Source: Octopus sinensis (lineage: Eukaryota). Taken from it: 64,000 nt of DNA. The number at the start of each line of letters is the position of its first letter. Within the stretch, counting starts at the first letter, position 1. Shown piece by piece: positions 28,920-39,514 of this stretch. The notes under the pieces were generated by a model. That model searched no databases and was not told the origin of the DNA. It was given only the letters and a program-made list of their open reading frames with translations. Where the stretch lies: assembly GCF_006345805.1 (NCBI RefSeq), contig NC_043000.1:52824001-52888000 (forward strand), written 5' to 3'. Made by a program: the position numbers and the translations under genes.

Positions 28920-29417
28920 TTTGGTCATTTTACCAGTACCTCCAGATGCACCCAAGAAGAAAATCCCTCCACTGTTGTTGCTGATGTCATCAAGGACTTC
29001 ATGTTGGTCTTGGTTCCACAGGGGCCCATTGATTTAAACACATTGCTGCAGTTCTTCCATGTTGAATCCCGTTTCGCTCGCAATGTCTCTGTTGATTTGT
29101 TCAGTCTCTCTGTTTGTCTTTGGCACACCACAGTTGCTGAGATCTCTTTGAACGTAGTTTGTCACTTTGTCTTGAATTTCAGAGAGCTAAATTTGCAATC
29201 TAAGGATTCATTTCTAATCCTGGATCAGCAATCTCATTTGATGATGAATATCCTCACTGAGAGCCTCCTGATATTTTTCCTGGAGAATAACTGGGTTGGA
29301 AAGTCCACAGGTGGTAATCGTTACAGCAAATATATCTCTGAAGTGATTTGGAGAATTTGTTGCAATTGCCTCCTTCAGACTCATATCGCAATGATGATCA
29401 TATTCATCGCAAAAAGT
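28920..29417 (-). pseudogene. Helitron Rep/Hel (PIF1-like helicase) fragment
   Basis: TLKEAIATNSPNHFRDIFAVTITTCGLSNP; then ...NQDQHEVLDDISNNSGGIFFLGASGGTGK (Walker A at 28929-28952), with stops and frameshifts. Confidence 0.85.
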
Positions 29418-30255
29418 CGCGTAAAATAGATAGCCGAAAATAATCGCTGCATTTCGCAATTAATTTCGGTTATTCCCATAATTTATTTCCAAGTTATAAA
29501 AATTATTATCGTACAAAAAATTCATTGCAAAAAGAAATCGCCGAAAACAAAACATAAAAAATCACCGGAAACAATCGCAATAATGAAAACTTCGGAGTCC
29601 AAAATATATATTACAAAAGTTATTATATTCGACATTTGTCGAAGAAAATCAGGTAAACGAATCGCCGAAAACAATCGCAGTAATGAAAGCTTGGGAATTA
29701 AAAATTACACGATTGCGGGTCCGGATTCGGCCCTGTTATTAATTTACTCACAGAGTCAGCCGGAATCCAAAATGGTATGATATGTTGGGCTAAGGCCTCC
29801 AAGAGTAAAGCTGAAGAAGTGTGACACATTGACACACAGACATTCATATTTATTATTGAAGTTATGTATATATGTAAATGTATATATGTATAAGGAAATT
29901 GAACAAGGAGACGAACTCTCGGGATGTTGTTAAACTATTTATATCTTGAATTCTTCAAGATAAAAATATGCACTCCAAAATGGCTGTTTGATGAGTTTGA
30001 AGATATTTCTATCCTTCCTGATGAGATTGATGCATTGCTGAACATAATTTATCCTTTTGGAATTCATCCTTCGAAATATGTGCAGAAGAATTCAATATAT
30101 ATATGGTTTAACAACATCCTGAGAGTTCGTCTCCTTGTTCAATTTTCTATTAAATAAGACTTACTATCCCAGATTTAAATCCTCGGATACTTAGCTACCT
30201 TGAAATTATTCCCCTTGATTTTCCCTTTAAATTGTAACCCCCCTCTCTCTTTCTC

Positions 30256-30294
<39 letters not shown>

Positions 30295-30299
<5 letters not shown>

Positions 30300-30986
30300 T
30301 CATAAATGAGGGCAAGCGAAAAAATTTCTAGTGCCAAATATGCCGAAAAATTGAACATATTGTCCATTAACCATATAATGTGTTCACAATTCGCACGCTA
30401 CTCGAAAAAAGGTCGACAGAAATTTCTAAAAAATTCCATTATTACCATATCGGACCGATTTCAGAGTTAGCTACTAAGAGCCCTCTCTTCGTCAGTGATA
30501 CATGTGGTAAAAGAAATAAATTAGATAATTACTCGCACTCATGGAAGAAGCAAACACTAAGTCATGGGCACAACTAAGTACCCCAAATACATCCAAAATA
30601 GAAATACTCCAGTCCATTCGAGGCACGTGCGATTTGAACTGAGACTCTCACAGAGTGAGTTAGTTAGTTCGGAAGTGAACTCTTAAATTTATATCAAATA
30701 TGAGGATAAAATTCTTTTCGAAAAAAAAAAAAAATTTATTTTCTCGAAAAAAATTTTATCAATGGCCAGCATAGCGTGCGAATTGTGAAAACATTATATG
30801 GTTAATGGACAATATGTCCAATTTTTCGGCATATTTGGCAGTAGAAATGCTTTCCTTTGCCCTCATTTATGAATTGTTTATAAATTTAACCGTTAAAGGT
30901 ATTATTTAATATGCTGGCCATTGATAAATTATTTTTAGAGAAAATATATATTTTTTTTTTCGGAAAGAATTTTATCCTCACATTTG

Positions 30987-30990
<4 letters not shown>
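30295..30990. repeat. Interleaved inverted repeats (A..B A'..B') around a hammerhead; probable PLE pseudo-LTR rearrangement
   Basis: A 30295-30400 / A' 30772-30877; B 30691-30772 / B' 30910-30990; TA tracts on both flanks. Confidence 0.75.
30443..30500 (-). ncRNA. Type I hammerhead ribozyme (intact core)
   Basis: UAUCA-CUGACGA-AGAG(18 nt)CUCU-GAAA-UCGGUCCGA-UA-UGGUA; triplet AUA, near-palindromic stem III. Confidence 0.8.
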
Positions 30991-31018
<28 letters not shown>

Positions 31019-31176
31019 TTGATGGTACAAGAAGCACCAACTTGCTAAAGAGTAGAAGTAAAATCCTCCATCTTAACCACTAATCTTAATGAAAATATGT
31101 AACGGACCAACAAAAATCGGGCAAACGAGTAGCATTTAACATATTCTCAGCTAAATCACCGTAGAATTAAGGTAAC

Positions 31177-31235
31177 AGATATACCTGGGTCATGATTTCG
31201 AATTCTGGCCGGAGACGTAATTATCGTCAGTATGT
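31177..31235 (-). ncRNA. Decayed hammerhead motif
   Basis: ACAUA-CUGACGA-UAAUU...AAUUC-GAAA-UCAUGACCCAG-GUA-UAUCU; mismatches in stems I, II and III. Confidence 0.4.
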
Positions 31236-31573
31236 CCGGCTGCACCTAAAATGAAAAGCTCGTCTAGTTTCGTTGTAATCCGTTACGTCTTGAATAGTCC
31301 CGCGCTAAATTAAAAACGACTTCAGTGCATAATACGTATATTATCTGAGTTCAGTCCCACTGCGTGGCAACTTGGGTAGGTGTCTTTTACTATAGCCTTG
31401 GGCTGACCAAAGCCTTGTGAATGGATTTGGTAGACGGAGTCTGAAAGAAGACCATCGTATATATGTATATATATGTGGTATAGGGTAATAACTAACTGAC
31501 ATATACGTATATATATATATGTATATATGTATATATGTATATATATGTATATATGTATATATATGTATATATG

Positions 31574-31607
<34 letters not shown>

Positions 31608-31895
31608 TGTAATAATGAAGGGTGAAATTAATTAATTTGGAAAAATTATCAATTACACCAAGTAGTCTTCGGCATGTAAAAGCCTCATTCGAGGAAAATT
31701 TAAGTAATACTAAGCAATAAGGGTTTAGCAACGAGTTGCCTTACCACATACCGAATTTAGAAATAGCAGTCAAGGGTTATAGCTATTTCTTCTACTAAAA
31801 AGGGAGATCTCAGTAAAAACAGCATTTGGAAGGCAGACACAAACAGGTAAGAGAGAATGAATTGACTGCAATCTATCATACATTTTTTTAGTTAT

Positions 31896-32006
31896 CCACG
31901 GACGTACGTTTCGAAATCAAGTTTTAAGGAAAGCATAAGAACTAAATATTAAATATTAAATAATAATAATTCTATCTTACCGAAACTTCTTTTCTCTTCA
32001 GCGTAG
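31896..32006 (-). ncRNA. Type I hammerhead ribozyme (intact)
   Basis: CUACG-CUGAAGA-long stem II-GAAAC-GUAC-GUC-CGUGG. Confidence 0.9.
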
Positions 32007-32501
32007 AATACTATAATCATAAATGATTATATATTGAATTTTGAGATACCAGAAGGCACCAACTCCACTCAGTATCAGAGCGAGCTAGAATCCGCAACTG
32101 GTATCACCGAATTCAATTTGTGAATGAAACGATTGTGTCAACAGCCCCTTCCCACCCGCGTGTAGCCAAAACAAGATGCTGTGGTCATCTACTGAGATAA
32201 AATATGGTTATCCGTAATAATGAAGGGTGAAATTAATTAATTTGGAAAAATTATCAATTACACCAAGTAGTCTTCGGCATGTAAAAGCCTCATTCGAGGA
32301 AAATTTAAGTAATACTAAGCAATAAGGGTTTAGCAACGAGTTGCCTTACCACATACCGAATTTAGAAATAGCAGTCAAAGGGTTATAGCTATTTCTTCTA
32401 CTAAAAAGGGAGATCTCAGTAAAAACAGCATTTGGAAGGCAGACACAAACAGGTAAGAGAGAATGAATTGACTGCAATCTATCATACATTTTTTTAGTTA
32501 T

Positions 32502-32613
32502 CCACGGACGTACGTTTCGAAATCAAGTTTTAAGGAAAGCATAAGAACTAAATATTAAATATTAAATAATAAATAATTCTATCTTACCGAAACTTCTTTT
32601 CTCTTCAGCGTAG
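32502..32613 (-). ncRNA. Type I hammerhead ribozyme (intact)
   Basis: Same motif as 31896-32006. Confidence 0.9.
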
Positions 32614-33108
32614 AATACTATAATCATAAATGATTATATATTGAATTTTGAGATACCAGAAGGCACCAACTCCACTCAGTATCAGAGCGAGCTAGAATCC
32701 GCAACTGGTATCACCGAATTCAATTTGTGAATGAAACGATTGTGTCAACAGCCCCTTCCCACCCGCGTGTAGCCAAAACAAGATGCTGTGGTCATCTACT
32801 GAGATAAAATATGGTTATCCGTAATAATGAAGGGTGAAATTAATTAATTTGGAAAAATTATCAATTACACCAAGTAGTCTTCGGCATGTAAAAGCCTCAT
32901 TCGAGGAAAATTTAAGTAATACTAAGCAATAAGGGTTTAGCAACGAGTTGCCTTACCACATACCGAATTTAGAAATAGCAGTCAAAGGGTTATAGCTATT
33001 TCTTCTACTAAAAAGGGAGATCTCAGTAAAAACAGCATTTGGAAGGCAGACACAAACAGGTAAGAGAGAATGAATTGACTGCAATCTATCATACATTTTT
33101 TTAGTTAT

Positions 33109-33220
33109 CCACGGACGTACGTTTCGAAATCAAGTTTTAAGGAAAGCATAAGAACTAAATATTAAATATTAAATAATAAATAATTCTATCTTACCGAAAC
33201 TTCTTTTCTCTTCAGCGTAG
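33109..33220 (-). ncRNA. Type I hammerhead ribozyme (intact)
   Basis: Same motif as 31896-32006. Confidence 0.9.
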
Positions 33221-33667
33221 AATACTATAATCATAAATGATTATATATTGAATTTTGAGATACCAGAAGGCACCAACTCCACTCAGTATCAGAGCGAGCT
33301 AGAATCCGCAACTGGTATCACCGAATTCAATTTGTGAATGAAACGATTGTGTCAACAGCCCCTTCCCACCCACTACTAAAAAAATGTATGATAGATTGCA
33401 GTCAATTCATTCTCTCTTACCTGTTTGTGTCTGCCTTCCAAATGCTGTTTTTACTGAGATCTCCCTTTTTAGTAGAAGAAATAGCTATAACCCTTTGACT
33501 GCTATTTCTAAATTCGGTATGTGGTAAGGCAACTCGTTGCTAAACCCTTATTGCTTAGTATTACTTATATATATATATATGTATATATATATATACACAT
33601 ATATATATATATATGTATATATGTATATATGTATATATATGTATATATGTATATATATGTATATATG

Positions 33668-33721
<54 letters not shown>

Positions 33722-34031
33722 TATATATATATATACATATATTGGTGTATCTTTGTGTGTCTGTGTTTGTCCCGCAACATTGCTTGACAAACCTATGCTA
33801 GTGTGTTTACATCCCTGTAACTTAGCGGTTCAGCAAAAGAGACCGATATAATAAGTACTAGACTTACGAATAATAAGTTCTGGGGTCGATTTGCTCGACA
33901 AAAGGCGGTGCTCGAGCATGGCCGCAGTCAAATGACTGAAACAAGTAAAAGAGTAAAGAGTAAAGAGTATACGAATTAGTAAATATTCAAAATAAATACT
34001 CGTAAAGATGTTATAACTATTATTATTATTA

Positions 34032-34103
<72 letters not shown>

Positions 34104-34118
34104 TTACGAGGAGACAAT

Positions 34119-34162
<44 letters not shown>

Positions 34163-34277
34163 CCTGCAGCTGTTACGTATATGCATTTAGGTGCGTTTCC
34201 GGATCGAGAAAGTAGGAAGCCACCTCCATAATGATATCTTTGTCAGAACTAAATGAAATCAACTTCCAAAGAAGAGG

Positions 34278-34345
34278 AAGAACAAGAAGAAAGAGGATAT
34301 AGAACAAGAAGAAAGAGGATATAGAACAAGAAGAAAGAGGATATA
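34278..34345. repeat. 22-bp minisatellite, three copies (agaacaagaagaaagaggatat)
   Basis: Direct reading. Confidence 0.85.
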
Positions 34346-35066
34346 GCATGTTTCTAGCCATCGTCACTAAGTAATTTTTCTAATGTTACAAAATGAATAG
34401 TAGTAGGAACTCATGTTTAGTATTTGTAAAGATACAAAGGAAAGGCAGCGATGGTTTCGCTAATTATTTTAAAGCGGAAATATTTCCATCTACCTAGTTA
34501 ATTAGCAGGAATTCATATAAGTACAAAATAGTGAAGAGAAATATAGTTTTAATCAAAGATTATAAATAAATATATGAATACAGGTGAAGTAAAGTAAGAA
34601 TAAGTCTACATGTAATCCTAAAGTATTGGATTAGGTATCATTGGTATAGCTGTAATAGTAAAGTAAGATATGAATCTTAAATAGGGTAGTACAGTAAATT
34701 GCACAAATACTAACTGAAAAGATATACCCTACACACAAAATCATCTCGAGTCAAAGCAGAACAAAAGTAACAAAACAAAAATAAACACAGTAATGTAAAA
34801 TCCAAAACAGAACAAATGTATGAAAAATAAAAATATATGAAAAATAAAATATATGACATATATATGAAAATTAAAAACAAATTGAACTTCAATGGGTACC
34901 TTGTTATCGAGGAAATGATCAAAAGCTTTTCTTGTAAAATGTTTGCATCTTAGAGCTGCCTCTTATTCAGGATGTTATATTCTGACGTAAATGTTAACAG
35001 TAACCTTTTCTAGACAGGAAATTCACCCTTAGTCATTCTTACGTCGTACACACACACACACACACA

Positions 35067-35151
<85 letters not shown>

Positions 35152-35229
35152 TATATATACATGTATGTATATACGTATGTATGTATGTGTATGGGTATGT
35201 ATCTGTACGGGTATGTATGTATGCATGTA

Positions 35230-36265
35230 CATCAATAATATGGGTGGCTTATTAGCAATTTAACAACCCAATGGCAAATTTATAGACGTCCCTAATGTGG
35301 TATAGGGTAATAAGTTGTACCTCTATTGTTACAAATAAGAGTCAAAACAACTCGGTTGTCACAAATGTACTGTCTTAATGCCTGACAATGGAGATAATTG
35401 GCCAAGCGGGCGTAGCCAAATCACCGGTGATATCGAATTTTGACGCCGAGGATCTTAATTCTTGTCAGTGGCTCCTACCGCATATAGGGTTAACCTCAAC
35501 TAACCTTGTCAGCTTATAAGGAAACCGTTGAATTCACGCTGATTTTAAAAAGAACGATAAAAGTAAAAGTGGAAACTATAAATAATATGGGTGGTTTATT
35601 AGCAATTTAACAGCCTAATTGCAAATTTATGAATATCACAAAAGTGACAGAATATACTAAGTAGTACCAGCATTTCTAGAAATGAGAGTAAAAACAACGC
35701 AATAGCCACAAATGCACCGTCTTTATAACTGACAAGGGAGATAATTTCAACTAGCTAACTAAGCCAGATCACCGGTAATTTCGAATTTTGATTCAAAGCA
35801 TCTGAATTCTCATCAGTGGCTCTTACCATATATTTTACCTTCAATTTATTACATGTCATAATGTGTCACATTAAATTCAGACCTTCTCATTGTGTCGTTC
35901 TCTCCAACAGCACCAGACTTCAGTAATCGTTCTAGTGGATGCCTTGTATGTTTAGCTCCTGATTGCAGCCCATGTTTTTCTTTTATTTCCATTATTCTTT
36001 CAGGTAGTATACCGATCTGTACGCAACTGTAGCTATTTCAAACATGCATAATATATGTCTTTTGTTTTATAATTCGCAGAAGATTTATTCATTGTACTCA
36101 TGTACTTCTCTCTACACCCTTATTTGATATACACGATAGAGCTTCTTCCGATCTTTTCTCCGGTTTGTGAATTAGTGATCAATCTTCAATCATCATTGAT
36201 TGAAAGATAACGGCTCCTGGTATTCTTGCAACTTCTTGAAGCCTGACAAGGTGAATTCAGTTTCA
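35230..36265 (-). mobile_element. PLE remnant: tentative decayed GIY-YIG-like ORF end followed by two tandem ~348-bp pseudo-LTRs
   Basis: aataatatgggtgg at about 35235 and 35581; HHR motifs at 35414 and 35762 (period 348). Confidence 0.6.
35762..35821 (-). ncRNA. Type I hammerhead ribozyme (intact core); decayed sister at 35414-35473
   Basis: AGCCA-CUGAUGA-GAAUU...AAUUC-GAAA-UUACCGGUGA-UC-UGGCU; the sister has CUGACAA/GAUA and a perfect AUCACCGGUGAU palindrome. Confidence 0.85.
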
Positions 36266-36752
36266 CTTTTCTTGTAAAATGTTTATATCTTACAGCTGCC
36301 TCTTATTCAGGTTGTTATACTCTGACGTAAGTATTAACAATAATTGACGACATTCCAGATTTGATTCTAGATTTGTTTTGCTGTTCAAGATTTCGCTTAC
36401 GAATTATTTTACTTCTGAGCTTTTACATTCGCAGGTCAAAATGACAAGACAATATTCATATATATTGTCTGGCTTTCTGTAATCCTTCCTGTCTGAACTA
36501 TGTGTAAGAGTTCGATTGGCTGTCACCATTATATAATTAAAAAGACTGTGAAATTATGTGGACTTTCTATTCCAAAATAACCTATGCCTTCCAATTGGTT
36601 TTTATGCTTAAACTACTTTGTGTTTAGTAAGCGCATTAAGTACTGGAGACTTATTTCTGAAATCTCAAATAGAGACAATAATTACATACTTGTAGAAAAA
36701 TGTACAGGCATAATATATAAGTAGACACAGTTTATATAAAGATATACATATA

Positions 36753-36789
<37 letters not shown>

Positions 36790-36851
36790 TGTGTGTGTGT
36801 GTGCATCTATCTAGCCATCTTTCTTCCTACCTATCTATCTATATATGTATG

Positions 36852-36932
<81 letters not shown>

Positions 36933-37469
36933 GTATGTACACACAGACACATGTATATGCGTTTTTCCATTCTTCTCAAAGCGATTTCAAACATGGAGAG
37001 AAAAAAATATATACGAAAAAATAAATCTTGATCGATTCTACCTTAGACGGAAAAAATATTTTCCAATGAATTGTTTTAATTCTATATCATGTGTGCTAGT
37101 ATTTATGGGCATGTAGACGTCTGCATGGATTACAGTAATTTTTAAACACACAAATTATAAAATACATAACAATAAGATGTATATAGCAACTTGCGCCAAG
37201 AATTATACTAAGCTTCTCATTCTATCATTTTATAAGATGCAAATCTGGAAAATATTTGAAATATTATTAGTACTGTGCAATCGAGTGTTTGGTGCTGTAA
37301 CTTTCTCATGGATAGGTAAATATATCAGTCAGTTTTCCGTGACCTTAATATGCAAAATATTTGTGTCAAATACAGAAATTTCTACTATTAATCTGATATG
37401 TAATGCCCATCCAAAATCGAAGATTTAGTCACTTTCAATATTTGGCAGCAATATTATCGTTAATAATAG

Positions 37470-38090
37470 TTTCGAAGGCCACCAATTTCGGGGGAAGTTT
37501 TAAGTTAATTACATCGGCTCCACTGTTGAATTGGTAATTATTTTATCGACTTCAAGGGATGAAATGCTAAGTCGACCTCTACGGAATTTGGACTCAGAAT
37601 GAAAAATACAAACGAAATGCCAATAAGTACTTTGGCCATCTTGTTAACTATTCTGCCTGCTTGCCGACTTTAGATCTTGGTTAATATTTAAAAATGTCCA
37701 AAGCGGAGCACTGCAAAATGCTCAGTAGTATCTCGTACGCCAAGGTTGACTTTGCCTTTCATCCTTTTGAGGTCAATAAAATATGTACTGGGGTCGATTT
37801 AATCGACTTATCACCTCCCTCGAAATTGCTGGCATTGTGTCAAATTTTGAAGTCAATGTTAAGAAACGTCAAGTGAAAGGCGTGCTGATTTGCAGGACCG
37901 TTAGCACGCCGGTCAAAATACTTAGCTGCCTCTCGTCCGTCTTTAGGCTCTGAGTTCAAATGAAACCGAGATCTACTTTACCTTTTATATTTTCGGGGTG
38001 GAAACAATAAGTACCAATCGAACATTAGAGTCGATTTAATCGACTTAGCCCCTCCCCTTAAATGACTGGCCTTGTGCCAAAATTTGAAGC
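37470..38090. mobile_element. Cluster of three SINE family 2 fragments (one on -, two on +)
   Basis: gaaatgctaagtcgacc; gttgactttgcctttcatcc; gagttcaaatgaaaccgag...gtcgatttaatcgactt. Confidence 0.7.
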
Positions 38091-39341
38091 TAATATTAAA
38101 GAAACATCAACGACTATACACATGTAATATAATGATGTGCAAAAGCATAAATTCTTGTAGTTACGTATTTTTTGATAAACTTGCTAAACAGAAATACAAA
38201 GTGTACTCATTAGAACAATATGTTATACAATCATACACAATTCATATCTCTTCGAAAGGAAAAAAAAACAATGTATGTCATTTTTGATTTAGCAAAACGT
38301 GTAAAACGTGATGTATTTTATGGAGATGTCTTAAAATTTATGGGATATTGAAGATGCATCCATTGACGAACTTTTTCGATTTTTCAGATTCAATAAAAAA
38401 ATTTTTAATGTTTAGGATTAGTCAGAACATAAATCTACACACACACACATGCACATACACACCCACACACACGCACACACACACATGCACATACTCGTAC
38501 ACATGTACATACATATGAACATATATGCATGTTTGTGTTTATCTTTATGCCTATGTCCGTACGTGCACAAACACACACGTGTAATTGTACATATGTGTGT
38601 ACATGTCCTTTAAATCCACGCAAACATCCCAATATTTTAACGTGCTTTCAAACGAAATTAATATTTTTAACCAAATAAATCGATATTTTCACATGCTTTA
38701 TGTGAACATAGAGGCGATTAGAAGATAGCGCTGAAAAAATTCTTATTCCTTTTTAACATTGGAAATCGTGTTAAACTTGTATATAAAGCAAATATTTTTT
38801 TTGCTTCTTCCATTTGTAGTTTCATCTAATTTTCCTATTAAATCTTGTCCTGATCTCTTCTTAAACTTTGATATTAAATTTGAAAAGCTTAGCAGGAACA
38901 CAATGACTGCGTTGTACATCATGTATTTTTTCAGTTTCATATAAACAAAATTATAAAACAATATCATATATGAAATTTTACAGTTGAACGAACCCTTAGG
39001 CATGTGAGTCTGGTAATCAATAAATTAATCTATCATTCAGCAAGCTATATTACTTTTCTATTTCCTATTGTAATTCGCAATCGTATCTTGTGCAAAACTA
39101 TTGATTCATCTTTGTCAATCTTCTGGAAAATATCTGTAACATTTATATTACTTTTCTTCTCAATGTGTGGAAGCACGCGCGAACATATATATAGATATAT
39201 ATATATACACACACAGATATGTATATGTACACACATACGCTCACACACATATATACTAATTGATATAAGCCGTTATGTACTGGTTAGTAGTAATATAGCA
39301 GCAATTAAGTGAATTCTAAATTTCGGTGAATTCTACATTTC

Positions 39342-39383
<42 letters not shown>

Positions 39384-39477
39384 CTGCGTGCATGTATATA
39401 TGTATGTATGTTTATATGTATGAATATATATATATATGTGTATATATTTATGTGTATATAGGAATATATATGTGTAC

Positions 39478-39514
<37 letters not shown>

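Larger units (their letters stand above)
31609..33565 (-). repeat. Tandem array 2: about 2.9 copies of the ~606-bp HHR unit on -, plus a ~190-bp inverted copy on + (33376-33565)
   Basis: gtaataatgaagggtg at 31609, 32214 and 32821 (periods 605 and 607); reverse complement of array 1 with scattered differences. Confidence 0.92.
31345..33970 (+). mobile_element. SINE family 1 split by the HHR array (head about 31345-31470, tail about 33745-33970)
   Basis: The 5' half (gagttcagtccc...gaaagaagaccatcg) and 3' half (tgtttgtcccgc...gaaacaagtaaaagagta) are collinear, with the array in the internal TA tract. Confidence 0.85.

Noticed and set aside
29810-29850. CUGAAGA-AGUGUG...CACAC
   Set aside because: GAAA box and cleavage site are absent; too decayed to call
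31609-33371. Regular repeats as a CRISPR array or simple satellite
   Set aside because: Units are ~606 bp with no unique spacers and no cas genes, the context is eukaryotic, and each unit has an HHR
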